DNA of 64,000 bases from Cyanobacteria bacterium REEB446 (GTDB lineage: Bacteria; Cyanobacteriota; Vampirovibrionia; LMEP-6097). Both the position numbers and the translations under genes were made by a program. The stretch's first letter is position 1. Each line of letters begins with the position of its first letter. The notes beneath the pieces were generated by a model. The model saw only the letters and a program-made list of their open reading frames with translations. It had not been told where the DNA came from and did not search any database. Location: positions 7,889 to 71,888 of the forward strand of contig JAGWWP010000001.1 in the NCBI GenBank assembly GCA_018970325.1, given 5' to 3'. This document shows positions 1-9,963 of the stretch, piece by piece.

Positions 1-2844
1 CCAATTACTCCATTAAATGAAACGCAATATTTAATTGATAATTTAGGACAGTTAATGAAACAGTTACCACGTTTTGTTATTGCTTTAGAGAACGCTTATC
101 AGGCAAGTTTTCCAGAGGAAGAGAATAATATACTTTCTTTAAGTAATATTTTAAATGTTAGAAAATGGACTACTACTGATGCAGATGGTAATCCTAGTAA
201 TAATCTTTCAGAATATTTAAAATCTTTTACAGAGAAGAGGCTAGATTCATTTAAGGCTTACCAAGCTGCTTTGAAAGAATTAATTACGGGTTATACAGAG
301 TCTTTTGGCGAGGGCGTTACGATGCATCATGATCTGGGCGAGAGTGGAGGAGTGGGAAACAGGAATTTTAATACTCTTTATGAACAGTTTGTTCAGGGAA
401 CAGGGAGAAAAGATGCTTATAGAGTTTTAATGCAGAATTTTGGATTAAACAAACATGAGCAAAAGCAGACAGAGGATTTAGAAGAAAAAAAATGTGCTAA
501 ACCACTGATGAAGATTTTAGAAGAAAATATTAGTAAGTTAAAAACAATAGGTGAAGAATTAGAGGATATTAATGTTACTGAAGAGCGGTTAAAGGCTCTA
601 AGAGATGAACTTTTAGTTCTTACAGAAAACTTCTCCATAAAAGATTTCTTAGAACCGTTACGTGCAATAGAGAAAAATAAGCGTCATTCTTTTGAGACAT
701 GTAAGGACTGTTATTATAAGGGAATTCCAGATGGATATAACACAAGAGCATTTATAAAAGCGATTAAAATTTTTGGTGATAGTTTCGGGGCTGCTGATAT
801 ACGTCAGGGAGCGGATTATGTTAGTGTCATGGCAAAAGCTCTTGAAAATCAGGGAGGACTAACTGAGTATAATTATGATGATAATAAGCTCAGGGAAAGG
901 GTTTTACAAACCAATGACTTGCTGGAATCAGTTAAATTAGGAGAGATTAGTCGTTTAATACTGAGTATGACTAAATCTTCTGAAGACTTAACTAATGCTC
1001 TTTCTGTTTCTGAGCAGAAGGGGCTTTTCAAGCCAGCAGAACTTAATAGTGGCGATAGTTCTTCTAATAAAAAATGGAAACTGCCAGAAAGCTCTCTAGA
1101 AATAGTTCCTCTTACAGAGCTAATACCAGATTTAGATAAGGCCTATAGTGAGACGACGATTAAACCCCTTACTGATCCTAAATTTAGGCAGTATTTAATC
1201 GCTAATAATGGTGTTTTAACGAAAATGTATGGTCCTTCTGATAGTGGAAAGTGGTCTGGGCCTTTCCCTTCATGGTCGGGGATGTTAAAGGCTCAGTATT
1301 TTGATTCACGGGTTATTGAGATTTTTAATGATTTTCTAAAAGAAAAATTAGATAAAGCCAAGCCTGATGGAACTGCTAATCAGGACTCTTTAACCACGAA
1401 AAGAGCAGAAGAAAAGTGGTCTAACCATATTGAAAAATTAGAGAACATGATTAGCTCTCGTGGAGCTAATCCAGAACAGGGTTTTAAAGAAATTACAGTG
1501 GTTAAAGAAGCAGTAGCAGCTTTTAAAGAGAGTTTTAAAGATATGAGTACAGAGGAGCTTGAAATCTGGAAACAGGCTCAGGAGGAGAAACCTTGTTTAG
1601 AAGAAGGAATTAAATATAAGATTATAGATGGCTTTGGTGGTCCAGTTATTAGGGGTAATGGTGCTGATGGTAGAGAGGGCGTTAGCCCTACGACTATGTC
1701 AGGATTTTTATATGAACAGACAGTACAAGGCTCTGAGGGAGATAAACTAAGGCAGCCTTCTAATGCGATAGAGTTTATTACCAAGCGTTTAAAAACAGCA
1801 ATCACAAATGCAGGAGATAAATTTAACTCCTTAAAAAACCATGCTGCTTCTGATGAAGCTCCTGTTTTGGTCGATCCTTTTTTCTTTAAATTTCTTGATG
1901 AGACTTCGGACAAACTAAGAAAGTCTTTAAGAGAGGGAATTATAGGTATAGATTATCAAGATGATGAACAGTGTGCTAATCCTGAAAAATTACGAAACTA
2001 TATTAAGATGATCGCTCTGACTACTCCAGCCTTATTTCTTGGTTTATATAATAACAGCAGTAGACCTATAACTCGCTCTGGTGAACAGATAGGCAAGCTG
2101 CTTAAAGAGCATGATAATGATGTCGTGAAGATGGTAGAAGATTTAGATGAAAAAGGTTTACTGAAAATTCTAAATGATATGCGAGCTATTCCTATAGCGG
2201 CTTTCTATAATCTTGGTGGTTCTGGTCATATTAGTATCGGCGGAGTGCGTGATTTAGACGAGAATCAGAGAAAGCAGTTTATTGATTATTATAAAAAGAC
2301 ACGTAATCCTCAGTCCTGGAGCCAAAAAATTATTTCTAATTTTATGACTGATATGGTTAATGCATGGGAAAAAGAGCTGTTTAAAACGACCCCTGATTTA
2401 ATGGAATATGCTGCTAAAACTAATTATGAAGCTTTATATGGTGAGAACTCTTCTGAAAAATATGAACCCAAAAAAGATGAGATTTTAATTAAAACTAGAG
2501 AAGACTATCAGGCATTGAAAAATTTAATAGCAGAGGCGAAAGGCTATTCTGTAAATAATTCTAAAGCGGTGAAATTAGAAGAGCTTATGCAGGATAACCC
2601 ACTTGAAAGAGAAAAGCTTTTAGCAGAGAGAAAGAATCTTGATCCTCTGAAGAAGTCTATAAGTATGGCTACTGCTGCTATTTTTCGTGCGACTCAGGGG
2701 GGAAACGCAGAAATAAAAAATGGGCAGTCCCAGTATACTAAGCGAAATCCTTTTGCCAACGAGAATATTCCAGAAAGATTAGAAACAGCTTTTAATGGTT
2801 TGGTTACAGCGGCAGCTTCTAATGATGGTTCTATAGATTATTAG
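1..2844 (+). CDS. Highly divergent phosphoenolpyruvate carboxylase-like protein (5'-partial; frame is open to the window edge)
   Basis: PEPC-like motifs in canonical order: PITPLNE (upstream of the called Met; cf. PTPxDE), WTTTDADGNP (WMGGDRDGNP), ADIRQ (LDIRQE), LILSMT, IVPLTE (VPLFE), MYGPSDSGK (MLGYSDSxK), GFGGPVIRGNG (GRGGxxGRGG), QTVQG (TEQGE), SSRP, MRAIP (LRAIPW), FNGLVTAAASNDG (INGIAAGMRNTG). Confidence 0.75.
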   Translation, partial: PITPLNETQYLIDNLGQLMKQLPRFVIALENAYQASFPEEENNILSLSNILNVRKWTTTDADGNPSNNLSEYLKSFTEKRLDSFKAYQAALKELITGYTESFGEGVTMHHDLGESGGVGNRNFNTLYEQFVQGTGRKDAYRVLMQNFGLNKHEQKQTEDLEEKKCAKPLMKILEENISKLKTIGEELEDINVTEERLKALRDELLVLTENFSIKDFLEPLRAIEKNKRHSFETCKDCYYKGIPDGYNTRAFIKAIKIFGDSFGAADIRQGADYVSVMAKALENQGGLTEYNYDDNKLRERVLQTNDLLESVKLGEISRLILSMTKSSEDLTNALSVSEQKGLFKPAELNSGDSSSNKKWKLPESSLEIVPLTELIPDLDKAYSETTIKPLTDPKFRQYLIANNGVLTKMYGPSDSGKWSGPFPSWSGMLKAQYFDSRVIEIFNDFLKEKLDKAKPDGTANQDSLTTKRAEEKWSNHIEKLENMISSRGANPEQGFKEITVVKEAVAAFKESFKDMSTEELEIWKQAQEEKPCLEEGIKYKIIDGFGGPVIRGNGADGREGVSPTTMSGFLYEQTVQGSEGDKLRQPSNAIEFITKRLKTAITNAGDKFNSLKNHAASDEAPVLVDPFFFKFLDETSDKLRKSLREGIIGIDYQDDEQCANPEKLRNYIKMIALTTPALFLGLYNNSSRPITRSGEQIGKLLKEHDNDVVKMVEDLDEKGLLKILNDMRAIPIAAFYNLGGSGHISIGGVRDLDENQRKQFIDYYKKTRNPQSWSQKIISNFMTDMVNAWEKELFKTTPDLMEYAAKTNYEALYGENSSEKYEPKKDEILIKTREDYQALKNLIAEAKGYSVNNSKAVKLEELMQDNPLEREKLLAERKNLDPLKKSISMATAAIFRATQGGNAEIKNGQSQYTKRNPFANENIPERLETAFNGLVTAAASNDGSIDY

Positions 2845-3517
2845 GAGTTTTTAGCTTTTCAAGCTTATTCTCTAACTCTTCGATTCTGTCTTGCATTGCT
2901 TGCAGAGTCGCTTCTATAAAATCTGGTGGCGTATTATTATGCTCTAAATTATTTATAGCGTCTTTTAATTCACCATTCATTTTTACTATACGGCCAGGAA
3001 TCCCTACTACTGTGCTATATGCTGGTATATCTTTAACTACTACAGAGTTCGCACCGACTTGAACATAATCTCCGATACTAATGTTTCCAAGTATTTTAGC
3101 TCCAGCTCCTACTATGATATTAGAGCCTAGAGTAGGATGCCTCTTCTCTTTTTTAATGGAAACACCTCCTAGTGTGACTCCTTGATAGATAGTTACATTA
3201 TCACCGATTATAGTCGTCTCACCGATTACTACACCAGAGCCATGGTCTATAAAAAAAGCTTTTCCTATCTGCGCGGCGGGGTGTATTTCTATACCAGTAA
3301 GGATTTTAGTAATATGAGCAGAAACTCTGATAAAGAATTTTAAAGAGGGCTTAGCGAAACTTAGTAAGCCTAAATTTTTTATCCATAGTTTATGAAAAAA
3401 CCTATGAGCAGTGATGGCGTGAAAACCAGAATAACAGAAGAAGATCTCTAAGACTGAATTACAGGCAGGGTCTTTTTTATAGATATTCTCTATCTCTTCT
3501 CTTAAGGTTCCCAGCAT
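2831..3517 (-). CDS. cysE: Serine O-acetyltransferase
   Basis: KDPA, TGIEIHPAAQIG, FFIDHGSGVVIGET, KRHPTLG and hexapeptide repeats. Confidence 0.95.
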   Translation of the reverse strand: MLGTLREEIENIYKKDPACNSVLEIFFCYSGFHAITAHRFFHKLWIKNLGLLSFAKPSLKFFIRVSAHITKILTGIEIHPAAQIGKAFFIDHGSGVVIGETTIIGDNVTIYQGVTLGGVSIKKEKRHPTLGSNIIVGAGAKILGNISIGDYVQVGANSVVVKDIPAYSTVVGIPGRIVKMNGELKDAINNLEHNNTPPDFIEATLQAMQDRIEELENKLEKLKTPNNL

Positions 3518-3556
3518 AATTGCTTAGATTATAGCTAAAACTAGAAATTACTGCAT

Positions 3557-3714
3557 TAAGCGGCAAAAAACCTGCATTTTTTACTTATAGATCTATTTAA
3601 GCTTGCTTGAAAAAGGTATATAATAACTCTTATCTAAGGCGATAATAGTTGAATAAGTAGTTTATTTGCTTATTTATTTAAGCGGCAAAATAAGCGGCAA
3701 AATAAGCGGCAAAA
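3557..3714 (+). repeat. Four copies of 12-mer TAAGCGGCAAAA (one at 3557-3568; three in tandem at 3679-3714) upstream of the Fic gene
   Basis: Exact copies read directly from the sequence. Confidence 0.9.
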
Positions 3715-3731
3715 TAAAAAGGAAATGGGGC

Positions 3732-4934
3732 ATGATAGATAAACGGACAATTTACGCAATGGAGCCGATGCTACCTTCAAAATTAGATAAAGAACTTGAG
3801 GATTTGGCTTTTAAGCTTATTTCGAGATCTAATATACTGACAAATCAATTGCATAAAATTACGCTAGAGACTATAGGAGACCTAGTAAGGTCTATGAATT
3901 GTTATTACAGTAATTTAATAGAAGGTCATAATACTCACCCTGTTGATATAGAGCGGGCTTTAAATGGTGATTATTCGCAGAATATTGAAAAAAGAAATTT
4001 ACAGCTAGAAGCCTTTGCTCATATAGAAGTGCAGCGCTTAATCGATAATAATCTTTTAGAAGATGCTCATCTTGGCACTGTTGCCAAACCTGCAAGTATT
4101 ATATCTGCTGATTATATAAGTCTTATCCACAGACACTTTTATGAGCGATTGCCTAAAGAACTCCAGTGGGTAGAAGATCCTAAGACGAAGAAAAAGTTAA
4201 AAGTAAATCCAGGTAAATTTAGACAGCGGGATGTTCAGGTCGGTGCTCATATTGCTTGCTCGGCAGATAAACTGCCACTGTTTATCTCTAGATTTGAAGA
4301 AGCTTATGATTTAAATAAGCTGTCGAAATTACAACAATTAATCGCCGTGGGTGCTGCGCACCATAGATTATTATGGATACACCCTTTTTTAGATGGTAAT
4401 GGTAGGGTCGCAAGGCTTTTTTCTCACGCATTTTTAAGAAATTTAGGTATAGGAAATAGTTTATGGTCTGTTTCACGTGGGCTTGCTCGCAGAGCCACTG
4501 ATTATAAGCGTTTATTAATGGAAGCAGATGCGCTGCGTAAAGGTGATTTGGACGGGAGGGGAAACCTTTCAGAGAGAGCCTTAGTAGATTTCTGTAAATT
4601 TTTTCTTGAAATTAGCATAGATCAGATAGATTTTATGGCTAAGCTATTAAATTTAAACTCTTTATTAGAGAGGGTTTCTGATCATATAAATTTAGAAGTA
4701 CAGAAAGGTCACTTATCAAAAGGCTCCTACGCCTTATTAAAAGAAGCCTTAATCACTGGCTCATTTGAGCGTGGTCAGGCAGCAGAGTTAACGGGCTATA
4801 AGGAAAGGCAGGCTAGGACTGTTTTATCTACTTTATTAAGTAAGGGATTATTATATTCAGAGCATTCTCGATCTAAAGTGAAAATAGCTTTTCCAGTAAG
4901 TATTTTGGATAAATGGTTTCCGGGTTTGTATTAA
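3732..4934 (+). CDS. Fic family protein with C-terminal winged helix
   Basis: Intact HPFLDGNGRVAR motif, SNLIEGH inhibitory-type motif, HTH-like C-terminus. Start moved to ATG 3732 because the upstream 22 codons translate the tandem repeat. Confidence 0.9.
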   Translation: MIDKRTIYAMEPMLPSKLDKELEDLAFKLISRSNILTNQLHKITLETIGDLVRSMNCYYSNLIEGHNTHPVDIERALNGDYSQNIEKRNLQLEAFAHIEVQRLIDNNLLEDAHLGTVAKPASIISADYISLIHRHFYERLPKELQWVEDPKTKKKLKVNPGKFRQRDVQVGAHIACSADKLPLFISRFEEAYDLNKLSKLQQLIAVGAAHHRLLWIHPFLDGNGRVARLFSHAFLRNLGIGNSLWSVSRGLARRATDYKRLLMEADALRKGDLDGRGNLSERALVDFCKFFLEISIDQIDFMAKLLNLNSLLERVSDHINLEVQKGHLSKGSYALLKEALITGSFERGQAAELTGYKERQARTVLSTLLSKGLLYSEHSRSKVKIAFPVSILDKWFPGLY

Positions 4935-6232
4935 AGTTTTTTCGTGTTTTCTTTTTCTATTGTGTAAAAGTTTTCTAGTGAATTTATGAAGCTTTTTTGT
5001 GACTCAGAGAGGCTTTCTTGTGTCTCAAGTGTGCTTTGTTTTTTTAGGAGCTGCACTATATTTAAAATTTGTGAAGCGATTTTATTACGGTCTTCATTGC
5101 CGACACATCCTTCTAGGGAATAATTTTTTGTATAGCCTTCATGAACACTATTGAGCATTGTACAGAGATGTTGCGTATCTATTTTTTCTCTATTTTCAGT
5201 TTCTTTAGTGAAGAAACCTTCTATATAGTCAATATTTCTTGCGTTAATAGTCAAACCTTGATTTATATCAAGCTCAGAAACGCTGTCTTTATAACTATCT
5301 GACTTAAAATTCTTGATTGTTTTTTGAAGATCAATTAAGTTCTGCATTGCATCTTGATCCAAATTTAAAAGTTTTTGATGTTTTTTACAGTGCTGGAAAA
5401 GTTTTTCAATATTTTTAGGATTAAACTTCTCTTCTAGTTCTTTTAATAAAAACTTTTTCAACTCCCCAATTTCATATATTCCGCGTGGGTTAAGGGTTGC
5501 GGCATCGAAAGGAGGAGCATCAGTATTTATTGTATTTATTGTATGTAAAAGATTTAACGATTTAGCTGCTAAATTAAGCCATTTTAAGCTATCTTCTGCA
5601 GCCTTGCTTTCTTGATCTTTAATGTTTTGAACAGCTTGAGGGGACATTAATCTGAATGGAATAGGATATTTTTCTTGAATATTTTCTATAGGACTTGCTC
5701 CATTAATTGAGTTATGTACCAAATTGAAATTTTCGAACCAAGATGTAAAATTGTCTTTTATTTTTGGTATGACTTGATCTTGAAGACGAGAGGAGTATTT
5801 ATCTTTTGGGGTAAATTCTTTGTCTATTGAACTTATAAAATTTATATACGAAGAGCTAAGATTATCTTTAAAAATGCCGTGATTAAACTGATAGGCTTCA
5901 TCTATTGCTAGAGCAGCTTCAGAATAATATATATTGCTTCGTTTTTCATAGGATTGGGATTTCATTAAAGCCAGTTCTATTTGAGAAAGAGGATTTGGAT
6001 CAGAATTTGTTTTACCCACTATTGGTTGTGTAGCAGGGGGGCTAATTCCCAGATTCACTGGCTTGTGTAGATTTCTTAAAACATCTGATGATGGTAACTG
6101 ACTTAATTCTTTTGATAACTGTTTAGCACTGTCAATTACTGTTGGGATTACCTTCTCAAGATTTTGAATTCCAGTTTGAAATGATCCAAGATGATCAGTA
6201 AATCCATGGAGTGTTTTTATAAGACTGTCCAT
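4931..6232 (-). CDS. Hypothetical protein (433 aa)
   Basis: Long ORF with ATG start; no recognised motif. Confidence 0.7.
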   Translation of the reverse strand: MDSLIKTLHGFTDHLGSFQTGIQNLEKVIPTVIDSAKQLSKELSQLPSSDVLRNLHKPVNLGISPPATQPIVGKTNSDPNPLSQIELALMKSQSYEKRSNIYYSEAALAIDEAYQFNHGIFKDNLSSSYINFISSIDKEFTPKDKYSSRLQDQVIPKIKDNFTSWFENFNLVHNSINGASPIENIQEKYPIPFRLMSPQAVQNIKDQESKAAEDSLKWLNLAAKSLNLLHTINTINTDAPPFDAATLNPRGIYEIGELKKFLLKELEEKFNPKNIEKLFQHCKKHQKLLNLDQDAMQNLIDLQKTIKNFKSDSYKDSVSELDINQGLTINARNIDYIEGFFTKETENREKIDTQHLCTMLNSVHEGYTKNYSLEGCVGNEDRNKIASQILNIVQLLKKQSTLETQESLSESQKSFINSLENFYTIEKENTKKL

Positions 6233-6285
6233 AGATTATATAAAGGCAGCATTGGTATTATTTTGATGTTTATAATATAAAAACG

Positions 6286-6999
6286 ATGCTTAAAACCCTA
6301 GATATAACTATCTGCACTACTAATCAAGGAAAGGTGGCTGAATTTCAAGAAATTTTTGATAATTTAATGCAGGTTAATGCTGATTTAGCTCTAGGTTTAA
6401 AAAAGTGGAATTTTAGTAGAGATAGTTTTAAAACCCTTGCATATAGAGGGATTCATGATTTCGAGGTGGATGAGACAGAAGATACTTATCTTGGAAATGC
6501 TGCTTTAAAAGCTATCGCGGGAGCTAAAGCTGTTCAGGGATTAGCTTTGGCAGATGATAGTGGCATCGAAGTTTTTGCTTTAAATAAAGCACCGGGTATA
6601 TATTCAGGTAGATATCTGCGTGATCCAAATAAAGGAATAAATGCTTTATTAAATGAGATGCAGGCTCATAATGATAGGCGTGTGCGTTATGTTTGTGCTT
6701 TGGTTTTGGCTGAACCTTCTGGGAAAATACTTTTTCAGACACAGCAGTATTGGTATGGAGAATTAGCTTATGAAAAGCATGGTGAGCAAGGCTTTGGCTT
6801 CGACCCAGTGGTTTATCCTTGTTTAGATATAGCTTTAGGAAATGATTTAGCAGACGAAAGTTTTATTACTGATTATTCGATAGATAAATCAAGAACAGTC
6901 GCAGAGCTGAGTTCTAAAGAGAAAAATTCTTATAGTCATCGATTTAAAGCAGTGCGAGAGTTTTTAAGCTTTTTAAATGATTCTTATAAAGTAATATAA
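6286..6999 (+). CDS. rdgB: Non-canonical purine NTP pyrophosphatase (RdgB/HAM1)
   Basis: TTNQGK, ETEDTYLGNAALKA, LADDSG, APGIYSGRY, GFGFDP, KNSYSHR. Confidence 0.92.
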   Translation: MLKTLDITICTTNQGKVAEFQEIFDNLMQVNADLALGLKKWNFSRDSFKTLAYRGIHDFEVDETEDTYLGNAALKAIAGAKAVQGLALADDSGIEVFALNKAPGIYSGRYLRDPNKGINALLNEMQAHNDRRVRYVCALVLAEPSGKILFQTQQYWYGELAYEKHGEQGFGFDPVVYPCLDIALGNDLADESFITDYSIDKSRTVAELSSKEKNSYSHRFKAVREFLSFLNDSYKVI

Positions 7000-7075
7000 A
7001 TTTCCATAATTTTTAAATTCTATTAAAATTTTTGCTATCCAGTAAATATTTTGCTAGGATAGCTTTCTTAATATA

Positions 7076-7780
7076 ATGTCAATACCTCCTATCGATAATA
7101 CTCAAAAATTCCCAAGCCAGCAAGCTAGCTTTTTGGAAGGAAAAACCCCTATGTTTTTCGACCCTACTCGTGCTACTGACCAGCAAAGGTCACGACAAGC
7201 AGGAGAAGAGCTAGGCAAGATAAGTGCGGATTCCTCCGCAATAAAATTTGACATTTCTCCTAGTCGAATAAATGAGAAGATTCGAGATGACTTAAAGGCC
7301 TCAACACTAGGTGATCTTTTGTATAATGCTCCAGCAACTTTATTTAATAATCTGCTGATGTTAGAGTTCGCTAATAAGCCCAACTCTAAACCAGAATCAA
7401 AGGAGGAGGCGATTGTGAGCATGTTAGCTACTTTAGTTCTTCTAAGCCTCGGTACCGAACCATCATTATTAGAGGATATTAAAGTTAAGACAACAGGTGC
7501 TGAGCAGGATACCTCATTAAAAGACTACTACACAACTTATCCTGTGAAGCAGGAAGATAACTTAATGCAAGTTTCACCCGCAACTAATAAAGCTGGAGGA
7601 AACTCAGCAGAAGCACAAGTTTTATTTACTACTGATCCTAGTGGTGCAGTAACTGAGTTGTCTGGAACTTATAAAGGTCCAAAATCACCTGTGCCAAAAA
7701 ATATACCAATAATTACTTTATCAGAGCCTATAAATCTTCAGCAAATTGGGAAAAGTATTCTTCTCAGTAGTAAAGCATAG
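7076..7780 (+). CDS. Hypothetical protein (234 aa)
   Basis: ORF fills the intergenic space; no recognised motif. Confidence 0.65.
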   Translation: MSIPPIDNTQKFPSQQASFLEGKTPMFFDPTRATDQQRSRQAGEELGKISADSSAIKFDISPSRINEKIRDDLKASTLGDLLYNAPATLFNNLLMLEFANKPNSKPESKEEAIVSMLATLVLLSLGTEPSLLEDIKVKTTGAEQDTSLKDYYTTYPVKQEDNLMQVSPATNKAGGNSAEAQVLFTTDPSGAVTELSGTYKGPKSPVPKNIPIITLSEPINLQQIGKSILLSSKA

Positions 7781-7881
7781 TCAGGGTTTTAAAAGTCCCC
7801 CCCCTTCGTTAATTGTATTTAGAGTAAAGATTCTTTTTGGTTTAAAAATGCTAGAATCAGCTTCTTTTGCTATTAAAAATT

Positions 7882-8829
7882 ATGTCTGAATTTTCTCACA
7901 CACCAGTAATGCCGAGTGAGGTGCTTGAATACCTTGATATAGATAAGGATAAAATATACTTCGACTGCACATTAGGCGCTGCTGGACACTCTAAGCTTAT
8001 TTTAGAGAAGCTTACCGGTCAAGGTCAGTTATATTCCTTCGACCAAGATATTAATGTTATAGAGAGCCACAGAGAGCTTCAGGCTTCCATTAATAGTCTT
8101 GCCTTAAAACAAGGTTTTACTAATGATAGGAATGATACTCTGATCGAAAATAAATGGAATCTAATTCATGCTAATTTCTCTCAGGTAAAGGATTTCTGTG
8201 AAGAGAATGAGATTAAGGTCACTGGGGGTATTTTAGTTGATTTAGGTATAAGCTCTATGCAGTTAGATGACCCAGAAAGGGGTTTTAGTTATTTGCATGA
8301 TACGCCACTTGATATGCGCATGGATAGAGACGTTTCACTTAGTGCTTATGATGTTATAAATACTTTTAAAGAAGCTGATATCGCAAATATATTTTATAAC
8401 TATGCAGAGGAGAGACTTTCAAGGCAAATAGCTCAGAGGATCATAGAACAGCGCCCAGTAGAAACTTCTAAGCAGCTCGCTGATTTAGTTAAAGAAGTTT
8501 ATTGGCGAAAATATCATAAACACTCTAAAGCTCACCCTGCGACTAAAGTCTTTCAGGCACTGAGAATCTCTGTTAATAAAGAATTAGAAGTTTTAGAAAC
8601 TTTATTAGAGTCTTTGCCAGAGGTGTTAGTAGAGGGAGCTACTGTGGTTATCATCACCTTTCACTCTCTAGAAGATAGAATAGTAAAGCAGTTTTTAAAG
8701 AAAGCTAATGATAAGTATAAATTTCAGCTGAGTTTTAAAAAACCCTTAGTAGCTACTGATGAGGAGCTTAAGGAAAATTCTCGTTCACGTTCAGCCAAAC
8801 TCCGTGCTGCTAGGTTTATACTAAAGTAA
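7882..8829 (+). CDS. rsmH: 16S rRNA m4C1402 methyltransferase
   Basis: HTPVM, DCTLGAAGHS, DLGISSMQLD, RGFS, PLDMRM, HPATKVFQALRISVN, ITFHSLEDRIVK, RSRSAKLR. Confidence 0.97.
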   Translation: MSEFSHTPVMPSEVLEYLDIDKDKIYFDCTLGAAGHSKLILEKLTGQGQLYSFDQDINVIESHRELQASINSLALKQGFTNDRNDTLIENKWNLIHANFSQVKDFCEENEIKVTGGILVDLGISSMQLDDPERGFSYLHDTPLDMRMDRDVSLSAYDVINTFKEADIANIFYNYAEERLSRQIAQRIIEQRPVETSKQLADLVKEVYWRKYHKHSKAHPATKVFQALRISVNKELEVLETLLESLPEVLVEGATVVIITFHSLEDRIVKQFLKKANDKYKFQLSFKKPLVATDEELKENSRSRSAKLRAARFILK

Positions 8830-9185
8830 TGGCTCAAGTTAATTCATATCGACTTTTAGTTTTATTAGCTTTGTTATTTGGCTTATGTAGTGTTTTGCTG
8901 TTTGTAAATATTTTTTTTGAATCAGTAAATCGCTCACTAGAGCAGGAGATTAACATAGTAAGTAACGAGAAAATGAATTTAAGAATGTCTTTTTTACATC
9001 ATAGTTCGATAAATAATTTGAACAGTACAGCCTCTAAGCTTAATATGGTTCATATAGATGAAAAAAATAGTTTTCACCTTGATACTAAATCTGCTGCGAA
9101 TTTAAGAACAAATGATAAAAGCCTTTTTAAGAGCTTCACTGATAATTATTCTAATTCTAAGAAAGAATTTTTATACGGTTTTTAG
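8829..9185 (+). CDS. FtsL-like bitopic cell division protein
   Basis: Overlaps the rsmH stop (usual ftsL position); one N-terminal TM followed by a coiled-coil-like segment. Confidence 0.55.
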   Translation: MAQVNSYRLLVLLALLFGLCSVLLFVNIFFESVNRSLEQEINIVSNEKMNLRMSFLHHSSINNLNSTASKLNMVHIDEKNSFHLDTKSAANLRTNDKSLFKSFTDNYSNSKKEFLYGF

Positions 9186-9221
9186 GTAAATGAAATAAAG
9201 AAAATAGCTCTGGACTGGCTC

Positions 9222-9641
9222 TTAGAATGGAATTTCCATATCTTCTTCACTAAGATCACTAGTTAAAGATGATGATTTAGAGCGAGATGCAGTGCTTGCG
9301 TAATCAGAATTATCAACAGCAGAAGAAGCACCAAGTAAATTAATTTTACTAACTTCTACACTGAAGACTTTCTGTGCATTGCCGTCTCTGTCGTTAAACT
9401 GATCTATTTGAGGTCTGCCGATTAACAAGACTTCTGTACCCGGGTTTAATCTTTCTAAATACTCTGCGTGAGCATCTCCCCAGAGATTAGCTTTTACGGG
9501 GTATCTTTTAACTTCTTTTGCTTTAGAATCGTATCTTTCGATTTCCATAGTGAAACTCACTACAGAAACATTATTAGCTGTGAATCTTTGTTCAGCTTTA
9601 TTCTTTAAAGTACCAGATAAAGTTATACTTGCAAAGGTCAT
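9222..9641 (-). CDS. ssb: Single-stranded DNA-binding protein
   Basis: OB-fold pattern, acidic C-terminal EEDMEIPF, directly follows rpsF. Confidence 0.9.
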   Translation of the reverse strand: MTFASITLSGTLKNKAEQRFTANNVSVVSFTMEIERYDSKAKEVKRYPVKANLWGDAHAEYLERLNPGTEVLLIGRPQIDQFNDRDGNAQKVFSVEVSKINLLGASSAVDNSDYASTASRSKSSSLTSDLSEEDMEIPF

Positions 9642-9645
9642 ATTA

Positions 9646-9945
9646 TTAAGATGCTATCACTTCTGGAAGATTAAAGATTTCAAAACGTAGAAGATCCTCT
9701 ACAAGCTTCATTCTCTCTTTAATGCCAGAAATATCTTTAGGCTCAGCCGTGATTTTAGCTATTACTTGAAAAGCACTTTTTTTATCTTTAATCGAGTAAG
9801 CTAACTGCTGTTTACCTTTTAACTGAAGATCATTAATTTTTGCGTTAAATTTAACAAGAGTATTCTCTAGGTCCTTAATAAATCTAGTAGCAGAGCTATC
9901 ATCGAAAGTTCCAGGAAGAATTAGTAATAGTTCGTATGTTTTCAT
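9646..9945 (-). CDS. rpsF: 30S ribosomal protein S6
   Basis: MKTYELLLIL, GKQQLAYSIK, LLRF. Confidence 0.9.
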   Translation of the reverse strand: MKTYELLLILPGTFDDSSATRFIKDLENTLVKFNAKINDLQLKGKQQLAYSIKDKKSAFQVIAKITAEPKDISGIKERMKLVEDLLRFEIFNLPEVIAS

Positions 9946-9963
9946 AGCAGGTTGATTATTATA

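Noticed and set aside
3666..3731. N-terminal SGKI repeat extension of the Fic ORF
   Set aside because: It is just the translation of the 12-bp DNA repeat from a TTG; an ATG with a purine-rich RBS lies at 3732.
9222..9945. rpsF-ssb without rpsR
   Set aside because: Splitting of this operon is common, including in Cyanobacteriota; not informative on its own.
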